Shown here one piece after another: positions 6,378 to 15,113 of a stretch of 19,613 nucleotides of DNA (its first letter is position 1; the number at the start of each line of letters is the position of its first letter). The notes beneath the pieces are model-generated. The model ran no database searches. It saw only the letters and a program-made list of their open reading frames with translations, and was not told the DNA's origin. Origin of the DNA: Nitrososphaeraceae archaeon (lineage in GTDB: Archaea; Thermoproteota; Nitrososphaeria; Nitrososphaerales; Nitrososphaeraceae); the NCBI GenBank assembly GCA_025935105.1, contig JAICVW010000012.1, positions 1-19,613 of the forward strand. Direction: 5' to 3'. The translations under genes and the position numbers were made by a program.

Positions 6378-7709
6378 ATGAAAAAATCGTCTAACGTACG
6401 CATTACAACCGCTGTATCAGCGTTTATCCTAGTCGCGGGATTAATGTTGTTACCAGCTGCAAGCAAAGGCCTAGCCATTTCTATGACAACAACAGCGCCG
6501 ACTAACACACCACAAATCGCATCTCTAATGAATCCATCTCCACAAAGCGCACAGGATGGGATGAGATTGGTTATGGACTCTGGAGGATTCACTCCAATAA
6601 CTATGGCCACAGCTCAACTTATGGCAAGCAAAGGGCATACCCTTCATAAGGTCACATTAGTAGCAGATGAAAAAACCCTCACTTTACCGCAGGGCAATGT
6701 AATTCATGCATTGACTTTTAATGGAACTGTTCCAGCTCCAATAATTAGAGTCACACAGGGTGACATCATAAACGTAACACTGGCAAACTTACCCAACAAT
6801 ACGCTCCCACACAGTCTAGACATGCATGCATCAATAATTAGTGCAGTACCAAACTATGGACCTGTGAACCCAGGATTTGAGAGATCATATGCATTTATTG
6901 CTACACAACCGGGATTCTTCAAGTATCATTGTGAAGGTGTTGCAGTACTTACTATGGACCAGCATGTATTTTCTGGAATGGTTGGAGGTGTTATAGTTGA
7001 TCCAGCTAACGGGTATACAGGCTACAAATATCCAACATATTCTGCAAATGGTAGTAAAACAACAGAGAACGTAAGTCCAAATGCAAAGGAAGTAGCATTA
7101 ATCTTTTCAGAATGGTATCTAACAAAGAACGGCCAGTATAATCAGACTGCAATGTTCAACCACGATCCAACATTTGTGTGGATGAATGGCATTCCATTTG
7201 GATACGATCCAGTAGTCACCAAGACTAAAGGAGCCATGCCTTTACATTTCAAGCAAGGAGATCATGTTAGATTCTTTTTGCTCAATGAAGGTGATGTAAT
7301 GGTAAACTTCCACATAGTAGGAGCACAACTAGATAGAGTAATATCTGGTCAAGTACTCCAAGGATTGGGCAAACAAACATACTTACTTGGTGGTTCAAAT
7401 GACGCCATAATAGACGTAGTGTTCAACACTCCAGGTGTATTTGCTCCAGTCAATCATGACTATGCTTCACTATTCAAAGGACAAGCAGCTATAGTTGTAG
7501 TAGATGGTCCTGACGGCCAACCAGGCAAGACATTAGGCCTTAAGAACTACAACAACCCTTCAAACGCAATTCCACCAACGGGCAAAAACAGCATACCAGT
7601 ACAAACAACGCCATACACATTAGGTACACCACTCAAGTTAACAAAATTACCTTCACTGAAAGCCTGTAAACCTGCCTCCGCTGGGGCCGCAGCTGAGATG
7701 TGTCCATAA
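6378..7709 (+). CDS. nirK: Secreted copper-containing nitrite reductase (NirK)-family two-domain multicopper oxidase
   Basis: PHSLDMHAS matches the NirK H-x2-D-x-H motif (T1 His, catalytic Asp, T2 His). KYHCEGVAVLTMDQHVFSGM supplies the His-Cys pair plus H-x4-M. NFHIVGAQLD and PVNHDYAS match the second-domain catalytic and T2 His positions. The N-terminus MKKSSNVRITTAVSAFILVAGLMLLPAASKGLA is a signal peptide. ATG 6378 is preferred over the adjacent TTG at 6375. Confidence 0.8.
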   Translation: MKKSSNVRITTAVSAFILVAGLMLLPAASKGLAISMTTTAPTNTPQIASLMNPSPQSAQDGMRLVMDSGGFTPITMATAQLMASKGHTLHKVTLVADEKTLTLPQGNVIHALTFNGTVPAPIIRVTQGDIINVTLANLPNNTLPHSLDMHASIISAVPNYGPVNPGFERSYAFIATQPGFFKYHCEGVAVLTMDQHVFSGMVGGVIVDPANGYTGYKYPTYSANGSKTTENVSPNAKEVALIFSEWYLTKNGQYNQTAMFNHDPTFVWMNGIPFGYDPVVTKTKGAMPLHFKQGDHVRFFLLNEGDVMVNFHIVGAQLDRVISGQVLQGLGKQTYLLGGSNDAIIDVVFNTPGVFAPVNHDYASLFKGQAAIVVVDGPDGQPGKTLGLKNYNNPSNAIPPTGKNSIPVQTTPYTLGTPLKLTKLPSLKACKPASAGAAAEMCP

Positions 7710-8451
7710 GTACTGGACAATAATTAGCAGGCAGGCAGATAGACAGATACACAGAATACAAACAGAGGAACAAAAAACCAAAGTAACCAAGGAAGCAAGT
7801 AAGCTAACAAGCATCTACAAAAAGAAATAGAAGATAAGGTGCGGAAAAAATCCAAAATTAGCATCCCCTTCCTTCATTTCTTTCTTTCATTCATCTTTTA
7901 TCATTATTCTTATACGAAAATTATATACTATTTAGATTTAGACAATTTAGAACTAAGAAATATTACTAATTCGCTTTTTTATGGTAATTCGTGTACTACG
8001 AAGCCGTCTACGAAAGTATTAAGCAGAGTTAACATGTGAAAGATAGGTTACGATATGCAATGCAGATCGGAATATTTTGCGTTTCATTATTTTTAGGACA
8101 CGTTGGCAGACTTTATACCTGACATTTTGCACCAACAATCACTAAGGTATGATGTGATGGAATTCAATTACTGATGAACATTAATGCCAATGGCAATCTT
8201 TTAGGAAATTCAAAATACAGAGATTATTCATTATCCTGAAGCTGGGCTAGCCCATGTCACGATGCTGTGACTAATTAGCATATTCTAGTTGACCAATTGT
8301 AGTGTGTCAAGTAAAGTAGCGACTATCGTCCTACACCACTACCACGTGAATTCGTGAAGGAGGCTTGTAGCTGTGGCCACTCATAGGACTTAACCATAAG
8401 AATAATAGGGTAGCAAAGAGTTATCAATAACATCAAGATAGAATTGAAGAA

Positions 8452-8679
8452 ATGAAATCATGTGAAGTATGCTGTGGCGCGGGATCGTTTGGTCCACTCA
8501 ACGCCGCCTGTCCATTTTGCGGTGGGACTAAGGAGTCTACCTCAGCTTCGAGAGGCTTTATCAAGCATCATATATGTGGTTGTAATTATTCAGATAGAAA
8601 GAATTGCCCTTGGTGCAAGAAACCATGTCATCATGACACCTCTTTAAATCCCAGAGTCTTGGTTTCTCCGGCACAGTAG
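8452..8679 (+). CDS. Small cysteine-rich protein (75 aa, 10 Cys) with DnaJ-type CxxCxGxG zinc-finger-like motifs
   Basis: The product is MKSCEVCCGAGSFGPLNAACPFCGGTKESTSASRGFIKHHICGCNYSDRKNCPWCKKPCHHD. CEVCCGAG fits CxxCxGxG, CPFCGGTK fits CxxCxGxx, and CGC and CPWC follow. It has an ATG start. Regular Cys pairing is unlikely in a random AT-rich ORF. Confidence 0.5.
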   Translation: MKSCEVCCGAGSFGPLNAACPFCGGTKESTSASRGFIKHHICGCNYSDRKNCPWCKKPCHHDTSLNPRVLVSPAQ

Positions 8680-8983
8680 TTTGCCATCGGAATTCTAAAC
8701 AAGTTGGTAACAGCCCTCCTAGTCAAATCCGTTTTCTTCGACCATCTATAGACTATTGCCAGGATAACATAGGTGGCATTTCAACTATTTAAGATAATTC
8801 AGTGCTTTGAGCGAGATTTCCTATACGTCGTAAGAGCACTTACAATCATCCTATCCGCATATACGTTATGAAATTAGGGTGGCATGCAGTTTTCGTTTTA
8901 AGTACAGTTTAGCCTGCCACAGTCCTAAAAGGATGTTTAAAGATCATACTGCTGTTACATCCTCTTGGACGCGGCTGTCTGTC

Positions 8984-9670
8984 CTAGCTAACCATGACCT
9001 TACCTTTCATCCATGGATGCAAAATACAATAGTAATTATAAGTCCCAGCTTTTTCAAATTTCAGAGTAAAGGATGTGCTTGCATCTGGTGGACCTTTTCC
9101 TTTTGGAAACAGCAAACCGGAATTAATAAACTTCTCACTGCCTTTTACTGAGTATGTAGGATTTGGAGGTAGGTGAACGACCTTACCTGTGGAATCCATT
9201 ACAAAAGGATTTGAGGCTCTCGAGTTTGATGCTAGTATCATAGTCATAGACTGATTCTTCGGATTTGGTAATATCACAGGAGCGCTATTGGACCCAGGTG
9301 GAACGGAAGCAAAACTACTAGTATTCTTAACAAGGAATGGTGAGCTTAGAGGAGCCTTGGTTGTGTTGTCCATTATAAAGGTCACAGTATGGGGCTCTGC
9401 AACTCTAGCTGGGTTATACCAGCTTACGCTTTGTCCTGAATTTATATGAATAAGCTTTGGATTGAATATGTCATATGGGAGAGTAGTATTCCCTCCCCCA
9501 GCCTGAACGTGCATGACCAGCCTGGGCGGTATTGAAACTTTTGATACAGTTAATGAACTATTACTCTGTGCTGACGCAAGGTGAACAATTGGGCTGACCA
9601 AAACAGCAAGCGTAGCTATTAAAGCCAACATTAGGCCAAATACACTATAAGGTGAGGGAATTCTTTTCAT
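8984..9670 (-). CDS. Secreted or membrane-anchored type-1 blue copper protein (cupredoxin, amicyanin/plastocyanin-like)
   Basis: The C-terminal GTYNYYCILHPWMKGKVMVS carries C-x2-H-x2-M, as in amicyanin (C-T-P-H-P-F-M). The upstream His ligand sits in AEPHTVTF. The N-terminus is hydrophobic (MKRIPSPYSVFGLMLALIATLAVLV). I prefer the ATG at 9670 over the track TTG at 9679. Confidence 0.85.
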   Translation of the reverse strand: MKRIPSPYSVFGLMLALIATLAVLVSPIVHLASAQSNSSLTVSKVSIPPRLVMHVQAGGGNTTLPYDIFNPKLIHINSGQSVSWYNPARVAEPHTVTFIMDNTTKAPLSSPFLVKNTSSFASVPPGSNSAPVILPNPKNQSMTMILASNSRASNPFVMDSTGKVVHLPPNPTYSVKGSEKFINSGLLFPKGKGPPDASTSFTLKFEKAGTYNYYCILHPWMKGKVMVS

Positions 9671-10148
9671 TAAAGACAATTTCTACTAATAGTATTTATT
9701 TTTAGTGTATGGTCGTAATACGTACTTCGAATGTCCTGATAATATGGGGCTTTAGATTGATTTAATTTAATTTCTTGGGCTACGTTTCATGATAGAAAAA
9801 TCAGAACTTAGCTGTATCTGATTACGTTGAGGCCTTAAGATATCAGGTAACTAGAACGAATAAGAAAGGATCAAGCTGATACGGCAACTACATCACGGTT
9901 AGGACCAGATAGAAACTAGAAGAGCCGAAAGAGACTAGCCGATCACTTTGAAACGAGTAGTTGGATGTGATAAGGAGGTACAATCTAAGTTTGTAAAAAC
10001 CATATCTCGAGAAATATCGTCACTAAAAAGAAAATACAACTTTGATATCGATAACGTATTAGTGCATTAATGTGAAGATTCTTAATCCGGGCTAACACGA
10101 GTATTACCAGTCTGCCGTAATTGAATGTAAAAGTGAGTACATTTCGTT

Positions 10149-10421
10149 CTAAGTAATACTGTATAACTGCAGTCTTTTGGATTGATCCTTTGAGCGAACC
10201 TTAGTACACAATGGCGGAAACACATAACCAAGGTCTGTCATTTGGCACCTTGGGCAATGATTTAGCAAAATGAAACAAGAAAGAAGAATAGTTGTGACTG
10301 GTACGTTCGTGCTCCATGCGTGAATATAGTCCGCTAGGAATTCACTGTAAGTCGTACACTTTCGGCATGTTAGATTGAAGGGAAGGAGGTGGTCCAAGTC
10401 AGTTATTGATTGTTGTACCAT
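10149..10421 (-). CDS. Hypothetical protein (90 aa) with two CxxC pairs; doubtful
   Basis: The ORF starts at ATG and contains CRKC and CPRC about 33 aa apart with a hydrophobic stretch between them. There is no recognisable family and no clear promoter. Confidence 0.2.
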   Translation of the reverse strand: MVQQSITDLDHLLPFNLTCRKCTTYSEFLADYIHAWSTNVPVTTILLSCFILLNHCPRCQMTDLGYVFPPLCTKVRSKDQSKRLQLYSIT

Positions 10422-10696
10422 CTGAAAGATAAGAGACTCGCATGCAGATGATGCAGTTAAAGTTCTGAGAGTTTACAGGAACGTATATCACAGAATTCAA
10501 CCTTCCGCAACATAAGCTAGAACATAGCAGCTCCTTCTTGTCTCTTCCAAGCCGTATGTGAATTCCGGGTTGGACTAATCAATAGCACATACCGATCGTC
10601 TTCGCAAACTTAGTTAAATAAATAATCGAAAAATAAATAAGCAATCATCCTAAATCACTTATTACAGATTATGTATAAAAATCTAAAGGAATAATT

Positions 10697-10906
10697 TTGA
10701 TTTTACTCATGGCGGCATTTTTGGCAGTGCCTTCATCGTTGGTGCGGCTCTCGCACGCACAGCCAAGTCAGGATATGCAAGCCGTCCTGGATGTCCACAA
10801 CCGAGCGCGTGCTGCAGTTGGATTTCCGCCGCTCTCGTGGAGCGACAGTCTCGCAAGCCAGGCCCAGATTTGGGCTAATCATTTGGCGACGGGTGTCGCT
10901 GCATGA
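10697..10906 (+). pseudogene. Truncated N-terminal fragment of a CAP/SCP/PR-1 superfamily secreted protein; a GC-rich foreign remnant
   Basis: AFLAVPSSLVRLSHAQ is signal-peptide-like. It is followed by MQAVLDVHNRARAAVGFPPLSWSDSLASQAQIWANHLA, which matches the first conserved block of CAP/PR-1 domains (..HN..R..vG.pPL.W...La..Aq.wA..l). The ORF stops after 69 aa, whereas CAP domains run to about 150 aa. My hand count gives 59% GC over 10709-10906, against 19% for 10601-10700 and 31% for 10907-11006. Confidence 0.6.
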
Positions 10907-11901
10907 ATGCATATAATTTCAAAACGGGAGTATACTTGAATTACCCATCCTCATCAAATTCTAATATTATCAAATGTACTTCCGAGTTGAGTGTCAAGAA
11001 TAACATTCCTTTTCCACGTCTACTTGTACGACCGGATTATCAAAATATAGTATACTTATTGAATTAAGTCCTCTTAGCCTGATGCATTTGGCCCCCTCTT
11101 GATATATTCCTGTCAATTATCTCTACCTCCATGATTCTTTAATCAATCTGATTTTCTTCATCGCTTTTGGTTATCTTTTTGTACTAATCACTTCCTTCGC
11201 GCTATCTAATATCTTTAGAACTGCAAGACATATCTTTTGCTTTATAATAGACTCGTCTGGAATGCACTTGTAGTATTATTTATTGGACACATCAGATACA
11301 GTATGGTACACCTGACTAAATGCTATTGTAAGATATGTGTGTAATAGGCCGGGCTACAGTCTAGACTGGAATATCATCGATTAAAGTGATATCCACGTCA
11401 GGTGGATAAGCTGCAAGTTCGTTTTATAACTATAGGGGGTGTGCATACTACGGAGCATTTCCCATATCATAAATTCCATAGTTCCAATAAATGCATGATA
11501 TTGTACTTCCAGTCCTACAGATTTGGATATATTTTTTCTCCCTTTCTATTTCTCATCATCAGACTAAGCCCAAACAGGAAAGGCGTAGTTGTTATAATAC
11601 TGAGGCATAACCCGGTGGGCAAAAGTTTTTCTCTACTAATACTATAATCCAAAAGAGTTAGAAATAGTGTGAATAGAAAACTCATTGTTTGGAGCTCAAG
11701 AGATTTAGATGAATTCAGACACGATATGAAATTAACTTGGCTGTATAATGATATTAATGAAGCTTTTCTGATGAGTCCACTACTTTGCGCTCAAACTGTT
11801 CCTTGAATATATACTTCAATCCAAGAATATATCTTATTGGGAGCTTGTTATCTTTGATTTTAGTCGGCTCACTTGTGTTTGAAATCAAGCATCAAAGGAT
11901 G

Positions 11902-12867
11902 TCATCGAGATATGGTCTGATTTTGGGTCTGATTTTGGGTCTGATTTTGGTTTTGTGCTATGCCAGGCTTTACCTCTGGTAGCTGGAAAAATGGAACTCC
12001 TCCAGTCCCACCAAGAGCGTATGGTAGTTGTCCATTCCATCTGTTGATAGAAAGCCATTGCAGATAATCTGGACTTTCCCTTAATTGCGAAGTGATAATT
12101 CGAATAGCCTGTGATTCTCCTGTGGCTCTCGCTACATTTGCTCTCGCTGCTGCCTGGGCCTGCACAACCGTCTGGTTGGCTATTACCTTAATAGCCAGTA
12201 GGTTATTTTGTTCTGTTAGATATTTTTGGAATGCAACTACCTTTGATTCAACTTGATTAGCAAACGCTTGTGAGAATTTAAAATCTGTGATAAAAACTGT
12301 CTCCACAACAATATCTCTGGAAGACAGAGTGTTGGCTATGGTTTGTGCTATGACGGCTTTTGCTGTAGCCCTTTTGGTAATCAGCTCTTCAGCATTGAAT
12401 TTAGCAACACTTGCCTTGACTGATTCTTGTATGGTAGGTGCAATTATCCTTTGTTCATAATCCGGCCCCAACTGCTGATATATGACGTTCGCCTGGCTTG
12501 GACTTATATGATAATTCAAGGCTATAGTAGTTTGTACCTCTTGTAAATCGTTCGAAGCCGCAGTCGCATTAGCTTCGAATTTTAGAGTCCTAACTTCCAT
12601 CTGTACCACCTGTTCAGCGAATGGAATTATGAAGTGTAGGCCCTCTCCCAGTACACGGTTCTCTACCGCACCTACATACAAAACCACTCCTCTGTGTCCA
12701 GCCTCCACTACTACAACAGATTCAAACATGACAATGATAATAACAACAAAAGTTACGACTCCTGCAATAATCTTCAACTTGTTAGAAGACACGCCAGAGC
12801 TTGGCATGTTGTTATACCCGCCTGTCCTCCCGTAAGGATTGGGATATTTTTTGAAGGGATTTCTCAT
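11902..12867 (-). CDS. SPFH/band-7 (prohibitin-family) membrane protein with a C-terminal (QNQT)n tail
   Basis: An N-terminal TM helix (IIAGVVTFVVIIIVMF) is followed by VVVEAGHRGVVLYVGAVENRVLGEGLHFIIPFAEQVVQMEVRT, the canonical start of the prohibitin/SPFH domain. A long Ala/Gln-rich coiled-coil region follows. The start is ATG. Confidence 0.9.
   Translation of the reverse strand: MRNPFKKYPNPYGRTGGYNNMPSSGVSSNKLKIIAGVVTFVVIIIVMFESVVVVEAGHRGVVLYVGAVENRVLGEGLHFIIPFAEQVVQMEVRTLKFEANATAASNDLQEVQTTIALNYHISPSQANVIYQQLGPDYEQRIIAPTIQESVKASVAKFNAEELITKRATAKAVIAQTIANTLSSRDIVVETVFITDFKFSQAFANQVESKVVAFQKYLTEQNNLLAIKVIANQTVVQAQAAARANVARATGESQAIRIITSQLRESPDYLQWLSINRWNGQLPYALGGTGGVPFFQLPEVKPGIAQNQNQTQNQTQNQTISR
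11914..11949. repeat. 12-bp tandem repeat (ggtctgattttg) in 3 perfect copies plus a partial copy, encoding QNQT repeats on the minus strand
   Basis: Read directly from the sequence. The reverse complement caaaatcagacc encodes Gln-Asn-Gln-Thr, giving ...AQNQNQTQNQTQNQTISR at the C-terminus of the SPFH protein. Confidence 0.95.
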
Positions 12868-13486
12868 AAACCTTAACTATCTTTTAATGTAGACATGATA
12901 GTTTGTAGGTAATTTAAAGTTGGTGGCTTAATTTGCATTTTTGAAAGAAATCCACCGTAATCACAGAAGCCATTAGAACAATTTGATATTCTGTCGTAGA
13001 TATCTTCAACCCAATAAGGTAAACCGACTTAAGCTCTGAACTCATCCGTTCCTGGAAGTATTTTTTCAAGGCCCGTTGCCTTCAATTTGACTGAAAGTTG
13101 TATTTGGACGAGCTGAAATAAGCATCAGCAATAGTGCAATAACATAATCTAGTTCACAATATTGTTAGTGTCATTGTGAGAAATTTCGATAGGGATTATG
13201 TCAAGACTGATACCTTTACGTATCCAATAATTGTCGCGAGATCACTACTGCAACTGAATCCTGATGGACTACTATACCTCGTGCATACCGCAATCAGCTA
13301 AGCCTGCACAGCTATTAAACCAATGCTTGCTCATGATATTCACGTGCGGGCCTTAAAAAAAACTTTTCCTCAGTTGATAGACTGTTCCAAGATGTCTTCC
13401 CGGGAGATCGATTGCTGTAAGAGATAGTGAATTTTAAAATTCCTTACTATCAAACTTATGTTTTAAGAAACAAATAATATCACTTG

Positions 13487-14866
13487 ATGCCAATTCTTAT
13501 TGGCAATGTGTTGAGATCAGACAATCAATATAGCGTTGCGATCATCGGTGGAGGCATATTGGGCACTGCTATTGCTTATTTTCTAAGTCGTGCCTCGGCT
13601 CCTAGGATGAACAGCGTAGTCCTTCTAGAACAAGAAGAAAATATTTCAATGCATGCTAGCTCGAGAAACACCGGCAAAGTTCACGCTCCGTTTCTATATG
13701 ACCCAGTTGGAAAAAAGCTGTTTGCCAAAGCGGCTTTCCTTGGCTTCAAAATGTTAAAAGATTATTGTAGTTTAAAGTCATTACCTTTTAAACAGGATGG
13801 AGTACTCGAGGTCGCGGCTCATGATAGTGGACTCGATAGATTGCACAAATACATAGAGTGGGGATACTCCAACGGCCTAAAGAAAGATGAATTACAATAC
13901 TTGGAAAAGGATGAGGTTCAAAAATTAGAACCCAATGTTAGGTGTCTTGCAGGAATTTATTGCTCTAAAGATGCATCAATAGATTACGGACTAGTCACTA
14001 GACAAATTTTGGAGGATGCACGCAAATTTGGTTGTAATGTTTTTGTTGGCTCAAAGGTAGTGAAGATTTCAGCTAGGAACTTCTATGAAGGTGACACATC
14101 TAATAATGTCGTAACGCTGCATACTAGTAACGGGTTGACTATTAAGACCAACTATGTTGTAAATACCGCCGGCGGTAATGCTGTTGACATTGCGCATGGG
14201 ATGAAAGTAGCGACTGAATATACTGATCTTCATTTCAGAGGAGAGTATTGGTTGGCTCCAGAAGAATATCGAGACCTGACCAAAATGAGCATATATTCAG
14301 TTCCAAAATACCCGCAATATCCATTCCTGGACCCACACTGGATCATACGTGTAGACGGTAGACGGGAAATAGGTCCTAATGCAGTTCCTGTGTTTTCACC
14401 TTATGCCTACAATTTGAGCACTAATTTCAGATATTTGATTCCAAAGATTTTCGAATCATCAAGGACTGGGGCACGAAGGATAGTATTCGACAAACAATTT
14501 TGGCGATTGGTTAGCAGTGAATTGAAAAGCTCAATTTCCAAGACCGCTATGATAAATAAGGCTAGGAAGTTCTTGCCTCAAATCAGGCCAAGTTCTTTTG
14601 TACAACGGGCAACTGCTGGCATAAGATCTTCATTAGTAGACATGCAAGGAAAATTTGTCAGTGACACTAAAATTGTAAAGAACGAATATTCCTTACACGT
14701 TCTGAATTACAACTCCCCGGGTGCGACAGGAGCTTTGCCGATTGCGGCTATGATATCACAAGAAATAATGGAGAAAGGATTACTTTATCGCTCTAGTTAC
14801 AAATATTCTGATGATAAAACCCCAAATTGGGATACGGCAGCACTCTTTGAAGAGATCACACATTAA
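13487..14866 (+). CDS. lhgO: FAD-dependent oxidoreductase of the L-2-hydroxyglutarate oxidase/dehydrogenase (LhgO) family
   Basis: An N-terminal Rossmann motif VAIIGGGILGTAIAYFL is followed by LLEQEENISMHASSRNTGKVHA (compare LhgO ..LEKE......HQTGHNSGVIHAG). HFRGEYWLAPEE...IYSVP.YPQYPFLDPHWIIRVDGRREIGPNAVPVF parallels E. coli LhgO PFRGEYFRLAPEH...[34 protein letters not shown], recalled from memory. NYNSPGATGALPIA parallels CNAPSPAATSAIPIG. ATG 13487 is preferred over the adjacent TTG at 13484. Confidence 0.8.
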   Translation: MPILIGNVLRSDNQYSVAIIGGGILGTAIAYFLSRASAPRMNSVVLLEQEENISMHASSRNTGKVHAPFLYDPVGKKLFAKAAFLGFKMLKDYCSLKSLPFKQDGVLEVAAHDSGLDRLHKYIEWGYSNGLKKDELQYLEKDEVQKLEPNVRCLAGIYCSKDASIDYGLVTRQILEDARKFGCNVFVGSKVVKISARNFYEGDTSNNVVTLHTSNGLTIKTNYVVNTAGGNAVDIAHGMKVATEYTDLHFRGEYWLAPEEYRDLTKMSIYSVPKYPQYPFLDPHWIIRVDGRREIGPNAVPVFSPYAYNLSTNFRYLIPKIFESSRTGARRIVFDKQFWRLVSSELKSSISKTAMINKARKFLPQIRPSSFVQRATAGIRSSLVDMQGKFVSDTKIVKNEYSLHVLNYNSPGATGALPIAAMISQEIMEKGLLYRSSYKYSDDKTPNWDTAALFEEITH

Positions 14867-15113
14867 TTACGTTATTCACTTACTTTGGCCAAGCAAAGTG
14901 ACATTTGCGAACTTAATTTTGAGATCAGAATACCTTTTTGACCTAAATGTACTAAAGGTTGATTTTAATTTTTGATCATTTTCTTCTTCCCAGTTGAAAA
15001 CCGAAAATTTAGATGAGTATTCTCTTACTCTGGGAACATAAAAAATTAGCATCTAATATTATTTTCGAATTTGTTTAGAGAAAATTCCTTTTGGAGACCG
15101 CGATTTCTTCACC

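Noticed and set aside
6359-6610. 83-aa minus-strand ORF
   Set aside because: It runs antisense to the signal peptide and linker region of the NirK-like gene.
7653-7814. Unlisted 53-aa hydrophobic Cys-rich minus-strand ORF (MLVSLLASLVTLVFCSSVCILCICLSAC...)
   Set aside because: The hydrophobicity is a by-product of translating the T-rich complement of the T-depleted tract. The ORF also overlaps the nirK 3' end.
7839-8039. 66-aa plus-strand ORF with a GTG start
   Set aside because: It is a Phe/Tyr/Ile-rich translation of a pyrimidine-rich, low-complexity tract, with no start context and no motif.
8149-8177. Possible C/D-box sRNA (atgatgt ... ctga/tgatga)
   Set aside because: C-like and D'/C'-like boxes are present, but no terminal D box (CTGA) follows at the right spacing and there is no terminal stem. 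Other tgatga sites (2722, 10449, 11772, 16935) also lack complete box sets.
8462-9151. ORFs 8462..8647 (+) and 8879..9151 (+)
   Set aside because: The first is an alternative frame of the Cys-rich ORF and has no motif. The second runs antisense to the cupredoxin C-terminus, which carries the copper site.
11402-11982. ORFs 11402..11647 (+, GTG start) and 11785..11982 (+)
   Set aside because: The first has no support and a low-complexity hydrophobic composition. The second is generated by the 12-bp tandem repeat (LILGLILGLILV) and overlaps the SPFH 3' end.
12629-12876. Two plus-strand ORFs (12629..12835 and 12694..12876)
   Set aside because: They run antisense to the N-terminal region of the well-supported SPFH gene.
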